From the human T2T-CHM13v2.0 reference genome, Homo sapiens, in the NCBI RefSeq assembly GCF_009914755.1, contig NC_060942.1: a stretch of 64,000 bases of DNA; one strand, 5' to 3'. Made by a program: the position numbers and the translations under genes. The notes beneath the pieces are model-generated. The model did no database searches. It worked only from the letters and a program-made list of their open reading frames with translations, and was not told the origin of the DNA. Positions 1-17,899 of this stretch are shown piece by piece. Numbering within the stretch: the stretch's first letter is position 1; each line of letters starts with the position of its first letter.

Positions 1-21
1 GTTTATAGCTCTTGAGTGTAA

Positions 22-384
<363 letters not shown>

Positions 385-564
385 TGAGCGTGGGACTAGA
401 GCTAAATTTTCTAGACTGTTAATTCCCACATTGTCATAGGGGCTGGTTATTCAGTATCTGCTTGGCCAGTGGTTCTCATGCTGTCAGTGGCCTGTCTCAC
501 CTTTGGACAGCCCAGCAGTCCATTGTCTGATCAGCTGAAATGCAGTTTGATCCCTCTAGATTTC

Positions 565-847
565 TGTTTTGTCTTTTGAGACACACTCATCCAGGCTGGT
601 GCAGTGGTGCGATCTCGGCTGACTGCAACCTCTTCCTCCCAGGTTCAAGCAATGCTCCACACTCAAGCCACTCACGTAGCCGGGATTGTAGGTGCCTTCC
701 ACCATGACCAGCTAATTTTTGTATTTTTAGTGGAGACGGGTTTCACCATGTTGGCCAGGCTGGTCTTGAACTCCTGACCTCAAGTGATCTGTCTGCCTTG
801 GCCTCCCAAAGTGCTGGGATTACAGGTGTGAGCTACTGTGCCCGGCC
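565..847 (-). mobile_element. Alu (AluS)
   Basis: Antisense Alu dimer ending 'cccggcc'. Confidence 0.95.
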
Positions 848-883
848 ATTCTTCTAGATTTTTTAAGGGAACTGTCCTATTGT

Positions 884-1182
884 GTTTTTGTTGTTGTTGT
901 TGTTGTTTTGCTTTTGAGAGAGGGTCTCTATCTGTCACCCAGGCTGGAGTGCACTCGTGCGATCATGGCTCATTGTAGCCTCGACCTTTCCAGGCTCAGG
1001 TGAGCCTCCCGTCTCAGCCTCCTGAGTAGCTGGGACTACAGGTGCACGTACCTTGTCTATTTTTTGTAGAGATGGGGGTCTCACTATGTTGCCCAGGCTG
1101 GTCTCAAACTCAGGCTCAAGCGATCTGCCTGCCTCCGCCTCCCAAAGTGCTGGGATTACAGGTATGAGCCACCATGCCCAGC
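884..1182 (-). mobile_element. Alu (AluJ-like) with (TTG)n tail
   Basis: AluJ-type 'gatcatggctcattgtagcctcgacc', 'ggggtctcactatgttgcccagg'. Confidence 0.93.
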
Positions 1183-2094
1183 TAGGAACTGTCTTTTTGA
1201 AGAACAGTCGCAAGTAATATTTTATACGTTTATACCTCATTGTCCTAGGTTAGTGTCTTATTTGGTTCTCACAGAGACTCTGAAGTAAATAGAGCCAGAT
1301 ATAAAAGGAATTTTCAGTCATCCATGTAGATGGAGAGGAGCATAATCTAAGAACAAATAAAAACCACCCAAGACCACAAGATCTGCAGATTTTGTTGGGG
1401 CCACAAAGTTGTATTTCTGGTCTGTGAACTGGATGCTAAACATCCTGGAGTTGAGCAGCTTTGTGGAGAATTACAGTGGATTTCTTGTAAAGCAGTGGGG
1501 AAACAACAGGTTCATTCTCTGTACACTCATCTCCAGCTGGTTCTCTTTCTATCTCCTGGGGCTTCAAAATGGAGTCACTAGTGGGCAGCTGGTTTAATTT
1601 AACTAATTGCTTAAAGTCTTTACAATGAAATGTGAGGGGTGAATATTAGTTGATGACAACAGAACAGGAGATTTACCTCGCATGTCTCCAGCTCTCAAAC
1701 AAGCTTCCTCAAATTAGGTCTTTTTCCATGAGTGACTTACATTACCAGGGAGAGGGAAAGTCCTTGTGTATAGATTACGCGTTGCCTAGAATTTGTAACT
1801 TGGCTTACAAGCTGCATAAGAGTGATGAGTGGGTCAGGACGTGATAGAAGGAACCCATTATTTCTGTTGTGACACTGTAGTAACAGTTGAAATTTGCTGT
1901 GTGGTTGCTTTGTGCAAGGCCTAGATCAATACAACGACCCTCGAGTTTCAGGTGCAAGGGATGGCGGATCCATAACTAGAACACGCGGCAGAGCAGCCTC
2001 TGTGAATCCACGGAAGACGCACCAAGTCCTGGGGAAGCTCAGAGTAGAGAGAGGTCAGGGCCCAACTGTCAGTGTACAGTGGCCCAGCCTCTAC

Positions 2095-2460
2095 CTGTAC
2101 ACCGATGACTTCCAAGACTAGTGAAGACTACTCCTGAACTCCAAATACACCCATCAAACTACCTACTGGCATCTCCACCTTGGTTTTATGGACACCTCTA
2201 AATCAACTGACATTAAAACTGATATTACCTTCTATTTATAAACCAGCCCCCTCCAACTTGTCCTCTTATATTTCATACCTCAGTGAAAGTAACCACTATT
2301 TACCTAGCTTCCCAAATCTGAAACTTGGGAGTCCTTGACTTCTTTTCCATTCCCTACATCCGATTGGTCTTCAAGCCCCATTGAATTAAATCCTCTTCTC
2401 CAACCTTCTGCATTAGTTGAAGTCCCTAGTTTCTCATTTGCATCCTTGCAGCAGTCACTG
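2095..2460 (+). mobile_element. L2 fragment
   Basis: 'ctcctgaactccaaatacacccatcaaactacctactggcatctccacc...aaacttgggagtccttgacttc' resembles L2 3' region; orientation and bounds approximate. Confidence 0.6.
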
Positions 2461-2679
2461 ATCTATACATATATTCTAATTATTCTCCCTGTACACAAAA
2501 ATACTCGCAAGCTTACTGTGACAAGTCATCAAACAGATTCAGAAATTCCATTTGTCATCCAGATTCAGAAATTCCATTTTCTCTGGACTTTCCCCAAATG
2601 AAGAGATTTTTTTTCCTCAACTGTACCCAAGATTTAGAGATAGTTCCTCTAATTGCTTGTAGACGGTATTGTTTTGTCT

Positions 2680-2790
2680 ATTTAACTGAGTCTCAGGAAG
2701 ATTAGGCAACTTGCCCAGATCTCTGTAGCTAGCAAGGGGTAGAGCTGGGTCAGAGCCCCAGGTCTTTAGACTCCTTGCTGTCTTCTCACA
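2680..2790 (-). mobile_element. MIR fragment
   Basis: 'aactgagtctcaggaagattaggcaacttgcccagatc...cccaggtctttagactcc'. Confidence 0.7.
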
Positions 2791-3020
2791 GTCTGAACAG
2801 ATTTACTAACGTTTTGGCTTAAGTATATAGTAGCATGTTCCTTATTTATTTGTAATAACCATCCAAGCAGGATTTTGACTTCCCACCAACTAGAAGATGG
2901 CCCAAATGGCTTATGTTCTTAGTGTCATTTAAATTTGCTAGCAATCACTATACGCACAAATCATTATAAGATGAGCACTGACTTTAAATGTCTATAGAAA
3001 ACAACTAGCAAGATGCTGGG

Positions 3021-3322
3021 TTTTTTTTTTCCTTTTTTAAGACAGGGTCTCGCTCTGTTGCTGAGGCTGGAGTGCAGTGGCATGATCACAGCTCACTGCA
3101 ACCTTGACCTCCCTGGTCTCTGGTGATTCTCCCGCCTCAGCCTCTCGAGTAGCTAGGACTACAAGCATGTGCCACCATGCCCAGCTTTTTTTTTCTTTTT
3201 TTTTTCTGTAGAAATGGGGTTTCACCATGTTGCCTAGGCTGGTCTTGAACTGGGCTCAAGTGATCTGCCCACCTCAGCCTCCCAAGTGCTGGGATTATAG
3301 GCCTGAGCTGCCACACCCGGCC
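3021..3322 (-). mobile_element. Alu (AluJ-like)
   Basis: Antisense Alu; flanks aagatgctg/aagatggtg resemble a TSD. Confidence 0.93.
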
Positions 3323-3379
3323 AAGATGGTGAATTTAATCCAACTATATTAGCAATTACATTAACTATAAACAGTTTAA

Positions 3380-3724
<345 letters not shown>

Positions 3725-4445
3725 GTATTTTTTTTTTTAAAGACCTAATTATTTGCTGTCTACAATAAACCCACTTTAAGGATGAGTTAAAAGGATGAAA
3801 AAAGAGGTATCATGAAAACACGAATCAAAAGAAAGCTGAAGTGGTTCTATTGCTATCAGACAAAGCAGACTTTAGAACAAGAAATATTTCCAGGAAAAAG
3901 TGGAGCATTATATAATAATAAAGGAGTCAATTCACTGACATGACAGTAACCTTAAATGTGTATGCACCTAACAACAGAGCTTCGAAAGACATGAAACAAA
4001 AATTGATAAAACTACAAGTAATTGACAGATTCAGAATTACAGTTGGAGATTTCAATGCTCCTTTCTCAGTCAACAGAACAAGTCAATAGCAAATCAGTGA
4101 GGCTACAGAAGACCTATTTGACTTATGTGGCCTAATTAAACTCAACCTAATTGAACACTATCAAAAGAAAAATTTGTATTTTCAAATATACATGAAACAT
4201 TCACCAAGATAGATTACATTCTGTGCCATAAATTTTTTAAAAAATAATATAAAGTATGTATTATGCCACAGCTGAATTAAACTGGAATAATAATAACAGA
4301 AAATATTTGGAAAATCTCCAAATATGTGGAAGATAAACAATACACTTTCAAATAATCCATATGTAAAAAAGAAGTCAAAAGGGAAATTTTAAAGTACTTC
4401 TAATGGAACAAAAACCCAAATTCAATATATCAAAATTTGTATGAT

Positions 4446-4662
4446 GACCAGCCTGGCCAACAAGGTGAAACCTAGTCTCTACTAAAAATACAAAAATTAG
4501 CTGGGCATGGTGGCAGGCACCTGTAATTCCAGCTACTCGGGAGGCTAAGGCAAGAGAATCGCTTGAACCCAGGAGGCAGAAGTTTCAGTGAGCCGAGACT
4601 GTGCTACTGCACTCCAGCTGGGTGACATGAGTGAAACTCTGTCTCAAAAAAAAAAAAAAAAA
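4446..4662 (+). mobile_element. 5'-truncated AluS
   Basis: Starts 'gaccagcctggccaac'; poly(A); TSD aaaatttgtatgatg/aaaatttgtgtgatg. Confidence 0.95.
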
Positions 4663-4879
4663 TTTGTGTGATGTAGCTGAAGTCGTGCACAGAGGAAATT
4701 TATAACATTAAGTGCTTATATTAGAAAAGAAAAAAGTCTTGGATAACTTATCTAAATTTTCACTTTAAGAAACTAGGAAAAGAAGCGGTAATTAAACCCA
4801 ATGCAAGCAGAAGAAAAGAAATAATAAAGATGAAGCATAACTCAATGAAATTAAGAACATAATAATAGAGAAAAACCAA

Positions 4880-5430
4880 AACTATCCAAAGAACTCAGCA
4901 GCAACAAAAACCCCAATTAACAAATGTGCAAGGACTTGATAGACATTTCTCTGAAGAAAATATGCAAATAGCCAACAGCACATGGAAAGATGCTCAATGT
5001 CACTCATCATTAGGAAAATGCAGATTGAAACCACAAGATTCCACTTCACACCCATTAGGATGGCAATTATATGTGAAAAAATAACAAGTGTTGGTGAAGA
5101 AGTAGAGAATTTGGAACTCTTATGTATTGCTAAGTGGGATATAAAATAGTGTAGCCACTGTGGAAATTGTATGGTGATTCCTCAAAAAATCAGGTATAGA
5201 ATTACCATATGACCCAGCAATGTCACTTCTGGGTATATACCCAAAAGAACCGAAAACAGGTACTCAAACAGATATTTATACATTCATGTTCATAGCAGCA
5301 TTGTTCAAAATAGCCAAAAGGTGGAAACAAAGAAAGTGTCGATTGGTGGATGAATGGGTAAACAAAATCTGGCATGTACATACATGTACGATAATTAATG
5401 GAATATTAACTATTCAGCCTTAAAAAGAAG
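4880..5430 (+). mobile_element. L1M (L1MB-like) ORF2 C-terminal fragment
   Basis: Translates 'LLGIYPKEPKTGTQTDIYTFMFIAALFKIAKRWKQ', the L1 ORF2 C-terminus. Confidence 0.88.
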
Positions 5431-6812
5431 CAACTTTTCTTTCTTTCTTTTTTTTTAATTTTATTTATTGGGTGGCTCACGAGATGGCTGAATAGGAACA
5501 GCTCCAGTCTGCAGCTATGAACGAGATCAATGCAGGAGGCAGGTGATATCTGCATTTCCATCTGAGGAACCCAGCTCATCTCACTGGGACTGGTTAGATA
5601 GTGGGTGCAGCCCCTGGAGGGCAAGCAGAAGCAGGGTGGGGTGTCACCTCACTCGGGAAGCACAAGGGGTCAGGGAACTCCCTCCCCTAGCCAAGGGAAG
5701 CCATGAGGGACTCTGCCATGAGGAACAGTGCATTCCGGCCCAGATACTATGCTTTTCCCATGGTCTTTGCAACCTGCAGACCAGGAGATTCCCTTGGGTG
5801 CCTACACCACCAGGGCCCTGGGTTTCAAGCACAAAACTGAGTGGCTGTTTGGGCAGACACCGAGCTAGCTGCAGCTTTTTTCATACTCCAGTGGAGCCTG
5901 GAATGCCAGTGAGACACAACCATTCACTCCTGTGGAAAGGGGGCTGAAGCCAGGGAGCCAAGTGGTCTAGCTCAGCAGATCCCACCCCCACGGAGCCCAG
6001 CAAGCTAAGATCCACTGGCTTGAAATTCTTGCTGCCAGCACAGCAGTCTGAAGTCGACCTGGGGCATTAGAGCTTGGTGGGGGGAGGGGTGTTCACCATT
6101 ACTGAGGCTTGAGTAGGCAGTATTCCCTTCACAGCGTAAACAAAGCCGCTGAGAAGTTTGGACTGGGCGAAGCCCACCGCAGCACCGCAAAGCCACTGTA
6201 GCCAGACTGCCTCTCTAGATTCCTCCTCAATGGGCAGGGCATCTCTGAAAGAAAAGCAGCAGCCCCAGTCAGGGGCTTATAGATAAAACTCTCATCTCCC
6301 TGGGACAGAGCACCTGGGGGAAGGGGCGGCTGTGGGCGCAGCTTCAGCAGACTTAAACGTTCCTGCCTGCTGGCTCTGAAGAGAGCAGCAGATCTCCCAG
6401 CACAGTGCTCAAGATTTGCTAAGGGACAGACTACCTCCTCAAGTGAGTCCCTGACCCCCGTGACTCCTGACTGGGAGACACCTCCCAGCAGGAGTCGACA
6501 GACACTTTATACAAGAGAGCTCCAGCTAGCATCTGGCAGGTGCCCCTCTGGGAGGAAGCTTCCAGAAGAAGGAACGTGCAGCAATCTTTGCTGTTCTGCG
6601 GCCTCTGCTGGTGATACTCAGGCAAACAGGGTCTGGAGTTGACCTCTAGCAAACTCCAGCAGACCTGTAGCAGAGGGGCCTGACTGTTAGAAGGAAAACC
6701 AACAAACAGAAAGGAATAGCATCAACAGCAACAAAAAGGACATCCACAAAAAAAAAAAAACCCATCCAAAGGTCACCAGCATCAAAGACCAAAGGTAGAT
6801 AAATCCACGAAG

Positions 6813-7827
6813 ATGAGGAAAAACCAGTGCAAAAAGGCCGAAAACTCCAAACACAAGAACACCTCTTCTCCTCCAAAGGATCACAACTCCTCACCAGCAA
6901 GGGAACAAAACTGGATGGAGAATGAGTTTGATGAATTGACAGAAGTAGACTTCAGAAGGTGGGTAATAACAAAATCCTCTGAGCTAAAGGAGCATGTTCT
7001 AACCCAATGCAAGGAAGCTAAGAACCTTGAAAAAAGGTTAGAAGAATTGCTAACTAGAATAACCAATTTAGAGAAGAACATAAATGACCTGATGGAGCTG
7101 AAAAACACAGCATGAGAACTTTGTAAAGCATACATAAGTATCAATAGCCGAATCAATCAAGCAGAAGAAAGGATATCAGAGATTGAAGATCAACTTAATG
7201 AAATTAAGCATGAAGACAAGATTAGAGAAAAAAGAATGAAAAGGAACAAAGCCTCCAAGAAATATGGGACTATGTGAAAAGACCAAACCTGCGTTTGATT
7301 GGTGTAGCTGAAAGTGACAGGGAGAATGGAACCAAGTTACAAAACACTCTTCAGGATATCTAGGAGAACTTCCGCAACCTAGCAAAAGAGGCCAACATTC
7401 AAATTCAGGAAATATGGAGAACGCCACAAAGATACTCCTCAAGAAGAGCAACCCCAAGGCACATAATCATCAGATTCAGCAAGGTTGAAATGAAGGAAAA
7501 AATGTTAGGGGCAGCCAGACAGAAAGGTCGGGTTACCCACAAAGGGAAGCCCATCAGACTAACAGCAGATCTCTCTGCAGAAACCATACAAGCCAGAAGA
7601 AAGTGGGGCCCAATATTCAACATTCTTAAAGAATTTTCAACCCAGAATTTCATATCCAGCCAAACTAAGCTTCATAAGCGAAGGAGAAATAAAATCCTTT
7701 ACAGACAAGGAAATGCTGAGAGACTTTGTCACCACCAGTCCTGCCTTACAAGAGCTCCTGAAGGAAGTACTAAATATGGAAAGGAAAAACTGGTACCAGC
7801 CACTGCAAAAACATTCCAAATTGTAAA
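6813..7827 (+). pseudogene. L1 ORF1p remnant (stops and frameshifts)
   Basis: MRKNQCKKAENSK...ELMELKNTA-type start; MKEKMLGAARQKGRVTHKGKPIRLTADLSAET. Confidence 0.93.
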
Positions 7828-7887
7828 GACCATCAACACTATGAAGAAACTGCATCAATTAATAGGCAAAATAACCAGCTAGCATCA

Positions 7888-10855
<2,968 letters not shown>

Positions 10856-11134
10856 ACAATGAGAACACATAAACACAGGGGTGGGAACATCAAACACCAG
10901 GGCCTGCCACAGGGTGGCGAGCTAGGGGAGGGGTAGCATTTAGGAGACATACCTAATGTAGATGAGGGGTTGATGGGTGCAGCAAACCGCCATGGCATGT
11001 GTATACCTGTGTAACAAATCTGCACATTCTACACATGTACCCCAGAACTTAAAGTATAATAAAAAAATTTTAAATTAATTAAAATTGAATAATGTATTTT
11101 AATTTATTAAATAAAACTTGAACTTCAAAAAAAA

Positions 11135-11278
11135 TTATTTTTATTTATTTATGTATTTATTTATTGAGAAGGAGTCTCAGTGGGTTGCCCAGGCTGGTCT
11201 TGAACTCCTGGCCTCAAGTGATCCTCCCACCTCGGCCTCCCAAAATGCTTGTTACAGGTGTGAACCATCATGCCCAGC
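11135..11278 (-). mobile_element. FLAM/Alu left monomer
   Basis: 'gagtctcagtgggttgcccaggctggtcttgaactcctggcctcaagtgatcctccc...cccagc'. Confidence 0.88.
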
Positions 11279-11398
11279 GAAATTAACACAACCGATAAGC
11301 CTCTAGCCACACTCACCAAGAAATACAGAGAGAAGACGATTATCCATAACTGAAATGGAAGAGGAGAAATCATTACAGGCACTGAAGAATAATAAGGA

Positions 11399-11695
<297 letters not shown>

Positions 11696-12481
11696 GGAAA
11701 CAGCACAAACTATCCTAAGCCTATAAATTTAACAACTTAGATTAAATGGACAAATTTCCTAAAGAACACAAACTGCCAAAGATATTAAAAAAAAAAAAAA
11801 ACATAGGGAACTTTCTCAACCTGGTAAATGTTACCTACAAAACAACAGCTAGCCTCATCCTTGATGGTGGAAGACTTGTCTTAACTCTAAGAATAGGAAC
11901 AATACAAGGATTTTTTTAAAAAGTTAAACATCATACTAAAGTTTATAGCCTGCAATAAGGCAAGAAGAAGAAATTAACGGAAACAAATAAATAAAACAAA
12001 TAAAACTATTCACATGACTGTCTGCATAGAAATTCACAAAGAATTTACAGCAAAGCTGTTAGAACTAATAAGTGCGTTTAGCTAGGTCACAGGATACAAG
12101 GTCAACATACAAAAATTAATTGTATTTTTATTTACTATCAATAAACACTTGAAGGTTGGATTTTTTCAAAGTACTATTTAAACAGCACGCACACACCTAC
12201 ACACACAACAAATTATATATGTAAGATCTACACGCTGAAGACTACAAAATTCTGATTAAAAAAATCAAAGACCTAAACAAGTGGAGAGAGATACACCAAT
12301 CCAATCAAAATCCCTACAGGATTTTTTGTAGAAATCAACAAGCTAATTCTAAACTTTATATATAAAAACAAATAAACTAGAAAGGCTAAAGCAATTTTGA
12401 AGAACAACAAAGTTGGAAGATCCACACTATCTAATTTCAAGACTTAACTATAAATCGACAGTAATCAAGGCATAAGGGATA

Positions 12482-12606
12482 AGCCAGGGATGGTGGTGCG
12501 TGCATGTAGTCCCAGCTACTCAGGAGGTTGAGGCAGAAGGATGGCCTGGAGTTCAAGACCAGTCTGAGCAACACAGTGAGACCCTGTCTCAAAAAAAAAA
12601 AAAAAA

Positions 12607-12666
<60 letters not shown>

Positions 12667-12680
12667 GAAAAGAAAAAAAA
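12482..12680 (+). mobile_element. FLAM with (GAAA)n-expanded tail
   Basis: Alu monomer followed by poly(A) and (GAAA)n. Confidence 0.9.
12609..12665 (+). repeat. (GAAA)n tetranucleotide microsatellite
   Basis: About 14 perfect GAAA units. Confidence 0.97.
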
Positions 12681-14368
12681 TAGTGGAGAAGAAAGGATAG
12701 ACATACAGATGACTGGAACAGAATAGAGTCATACATATATGGTGAATTGACTTTCAACAAGTTTGGAAAGAGGCAATTCAATGGAGAAAGGATAGATTTT
12801 TCAGTGAATAGCTGGAACAATTAGATATTCATATGTAAAAAAAATGTACCTCAATCTACGCCTTGCACTCTCTACAAAAAAGATCATAGACCTAAGCATG
12901 ACACCTAAAGCTAAAAATCCTCTAGAAGAAAACAGGGAGAAATCTTTCTTTCAGCAAAGTCCTAACCCCACTTGGCTTTGTGAGGTAGGTTGATAGAATT
13001 GTTGTGACAATAAGTGAGATAGCAAAATGAAGGTTACTAACATAGTCCCTGCTCTTTTAAATATCTGTTGCTTTGTCAGTTTCCTTCTCTTTCCCCCCAT
13101 GACTGATCCCAAAATAACTTACCACAGCCTATTTGACAAAAGCCAATGGAAGTATCAAGTGATTGTGAATAAATTGAATACTAAGACCCGGCTGGTCATC
13201 TCGTGAATCTAGCATTTTCATTAGGTTCTTAATTTTCCACCAGAAATGACAGCAGTCCTACCATCTGTTTGGTGCTTTTAAAACATACGGATTGCTCTTA
13301 ATCAGCTACACAAATTGCCCACACTCCAAGCTGTTGAAATTGAATACCAGCTTCAAATACCTGCTGCTCAACTTTATCGAAAATCCCGTGGAGCATAGTT
13401 TGAAAGTCATACTCTCTGTTCTTTTCTTTTAGCATTATTTCCCAGGTCAAGACAGCTCAGACACAGCTGCATGAAGAAACCCATGGTCTTGACTCCAGGA
13501 ATTGTCTTCTGACTTGGTGTCATGCCTTCATCCAAAATGAAACAACTTTAGGAAACCTCTCATGGAATCCATTATTACCTTTAGTGAATACACTGTAAAC
13601 CTGCATTTCAACTTATTTAGTTTACTTTTTTATAGTGTGTATGTTCATTAAGCCACCTCAAATCTCTTGGGAAACTATATGGACTCTAAATAATCCTGGT
13701 GTTATAATAATCGCTGAGGAGTTGGTGCAATTATACAAAATTTCCACTAGGAGGAGGCAGAGCACGAATGATAAAAAATTCAGGTTAGACTATCATTTAT
13801 ACGTTGTACAATTATTTCTAAATTAGAATCTTTATTATTTTAAAAAACATACATAATTAAAATAGATCCTTTGAATATGTGGATGTGGTATAATTTAGAA
13901 GAGGAATGTAAATTTTAAAAATTATGCCCTACATTTTAGCTGCAATTTGAACAGACACAATGAATTCAGTTGGAACTCAGGGGAATTTCCCTAATTAGAA
14001 GGCTGAAGAATTTTAAGCACAAAGAAATGTTAAATGTAGACAGTGTACAATAATTTTTAAAGGTAACTCTTTTGATAACATTTATTGTTTGCTTTTTTTT
14101 TCTAGGTGCCATTTAAGGAAGACAAAACTGTATTTTATTCACTAAATCTACTTGGCATTTGCTTTTTAAACTTTAGTCATGGACTACACTCAAAGATTGT
14201 GACTCGTGACCTTGGCATATATCACAGGACCTGCTGAGGACAGGAGTGGGGGGTCTGTCAGTGACACAGCAGGGAGGGTCGTAGATAAGGAATCCACAAA
14301 AGACAGGGGTAGCCAAGGGCCACTTTCCACAAAGTGGCACTGTCCTCACAAGATTGGGAAAGTGTTTA

Positions 14369-14686
<318 letters not shown>

Positions 14687-15169
14687 AATTCAGCACTCTC
14701 AAGTGCAGTGTCAGCAGCAAAAAAGCAGGGAGTATCAAAAAGTCTCTGCAAAGGAAAAAGAGGGAGAATCGAGTAGATGCTCTAATGAATTCTGTACGTA
14801 GATAGCCTGGGCAAGGATACCATAGAGTTGGGATCTAACTAACACCAGCTAGAAGAGAGCATGATTTCTCTTGCTATCTGATGATAGGCAAGTAATGATT
14901 AGGTTTAGGGAGTCAGGAAAGGATACTAACTTTGCTCCAGTTCTCTCCTGGGCAATGGAGATTAGGCAGAGGGTATGCTTGGAGAGGCCTTTGTGGGGTG
15001 AGCAGGGGCAGGTGGTAAGAAATAAGAGTTGAGAAAAAGACAGTTCTCTCCTGGCCTCTTAGTGGGGAACAATCAGGGAAGCCAGCTGTGGCTCCCAGGG
15101 GCCCAGGGTCCTCTGGGCTGGGGGAACCAGGGCTTCTCAAGGGCGAGTTCCTCTGGGGGGTTTTGGTTT

Positions 15170-15480
15170 GGTTCTGTTTTGTATTGGTAAGCTGTCGTTG
15201 CAGTATAACATACATAAAGAAAAGAACACAAATCATGAGTTGTTCAACTGATAAATTTTCCTCACGATGACTGTATTCACGCCTGGGACAAGAAAAGGAT
15301 CAGAACCTCAAGAGTGCCCTTGCACGCCCTTCTAACCCCCTGGATTAGGTTGCTGGGTTGTGAACTTGACAGAAATGAACCATACATGGAGCGCTCTTTC
15401 AGGTCGGCTTCTTTTGCTCAGCACGATGTTTGTGGGAGTCACCCGTGTTGTTGCAGGAAGCTGTAGTATGCTCAGCCTCC
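15170..15480 (-). mobile_element. Old L1M 3' fragment
   Basis: 'ggcttcttttgctcagcacgatgtttgtgggagtcacccgtgttgttgca' matches antisense L1M 3' region. Confidence 0.65.
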
Positions 15481-15699
15481 TTCCTTGGCAGCTGGGCTTC
15501 CCTAGACAGTCATTGGAAGAGAGTAGCAGATGCCAACACCATTGCTAGGAGCCATTCCAAGAATCAAAGGCTCAAGTTAAACTCAATCCAATGAATATGT
15601 GACTTTGTGTTTTACCGGACAACTGTTTGCAGCATCTTCCCATAGAGTGTTCCTTCAGATTGTGGTCTAAATGATTGATTGGCATAATAAGAATGATTC

Positions 15700-16117
<418 letters not shown>

Positions 16118-17102
16118 TCAGAAGTTAGGGCTTTTCAGTTAGCCCCTGTGAGATCGTCAGGAAGGCTAGAGACTGTGTTGGTCGTGGCCCCTCTGACTCA
16201 AGTTATAATGTGTGTTCACACTCCTGGCAGGCTGTCCACACATCCTCCTAATCACTTCACAGTGAGGGCCCGGGGCAAGGTGATGCCTCACCCCCACTGG
16301 CCCTCTGAAGGTCTCATCTCTGACGAGGTGGGCGACAGCAGGCACTTAGGAGCAGATTTCCTGAGAGCCAGGAGCACCTGCCGACTGGCCTAATCTACCA
16401 GTAAACTCTGCCTGCTCAGAACCGGCCTGACGCTTTTTTGCATTTTGTGCCTGGCATCACTTGTGACTACTACTTGAAACTGCCACTTAAATCCATTTTC
16501 CCATTACAGGAAAGGTCTGATTTCATAGGAAGAAACGCTTTAAATTCAAGGCAGAGCAAAATCTCTAGCCACCATCAGCACTGAATATAAAACTGTTGGT
16601 GTGCTCCTGGCTGCGGAGGGCAGCTGCTGCTATTCCATTTCTGACACAAGTCTGGTTTTGTCATCGCCAAGGTCACTCCCTGGCCCTCCCTGGTCACGCA
16701 CTGCCCCAGGCTGCAGGCACAGGGGGCCTTTGTGGATGCTTTCATTTCTTTTCTCTCTCGGCTCCAAAGATCAGGTTGCTGCTTGCTTTCTTCCTTTACC
16801 TTTCCTCCTTGGCAAGATTTTAAATTCCACCAAGATATTGTTTTCTCACTGTCCCTTGCCTTCATCTGGTTGTTTTCTAGCATTTATGGTGACCTTTTCC
16901 TTTCTCCATTGTCATACAACTCTTCATCATCACCATTTACGGTTTTTTCCTTCGCCAGAAAAAAAAATGCTGTAAGGTCCTACATACACTTGAAGCTCCT
17001 TCCGGAACCCCCGAGCCCACCACACCCCCATGCAATAGCTTAGCTGCCTGCCAGGCCTTCCTGCTTTCTGGCCCAATCCTGCCCATCTCTGGAGGTTGCT
17101 GT

Positions 17103-17116
17103 GTTGCCATGGCAAC
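17103..17116. promoter_or_regulatory. RFX X-box, perfect palindrome GTTGCCATGGCAAC
   Basis: Exact 14-bp X-box consensus in unique sequence, followed by half-site TAGCAAC. Confidence 0.65.
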
Positions 17117-17395
17117 TAGCAACCTGCCAAGTCAGCAAGCTCCGGGTGTGCTTGTCTGGCCTTGGGCATTGGTCCAGCAGCCGACCTCCCTTAGCACTGT
17201 ATGAAACGACCCCCTTCGGTAGCGCCTTCATCGTCCTAGAAGGATCCTGCCAGCTCTCAGTTCTCACCCATCCTGACTCAGTTACACGTGGGGGTGAAGA
17301 TCACCCCAGGTGAAGAGCAGCAGAAAGTTTTCTGTATTTTCTCTGCAGAGAAATCTGTCATCACTCTGTCCTCGAGTAGGTTTATTGGAATGTCA

Positions 17396-17707
<312 letters not shown>

Positions 17708-17899
17708 GAATGAATGTCTTTTGAGCTGAAATGATGGTCTTCGCGTCTTCATGAGGAATCTAGTTGGGGACAGGGACGAGAAAAGCTCTAAGAAATTTGG
17801 GGCAGGGAGGACCCACACAGATTTTATGACATTTGCAAGGGTAGTTTTTATTATGTTTTCAACATCTTGCCGTTCTTAAACTATAGGAGTAGCTGGTTG

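Noticed and set aside
1240-1650. Possible old LTR fragment (also ~22800-23100)
   Set aside because: Resemblance too vague to name a family or set boundaries.
13744-13762. CTCF-like ccactaggaggaggcag
   Set aside because: Core spacing deviates from consensus; too weak without data.
16575-17043. Overlapping ORFs and a purine-skewed minus strand suggesting a coding exon
   Set aside because: No recognisable protein, no consistent splice structure; explained by composition.
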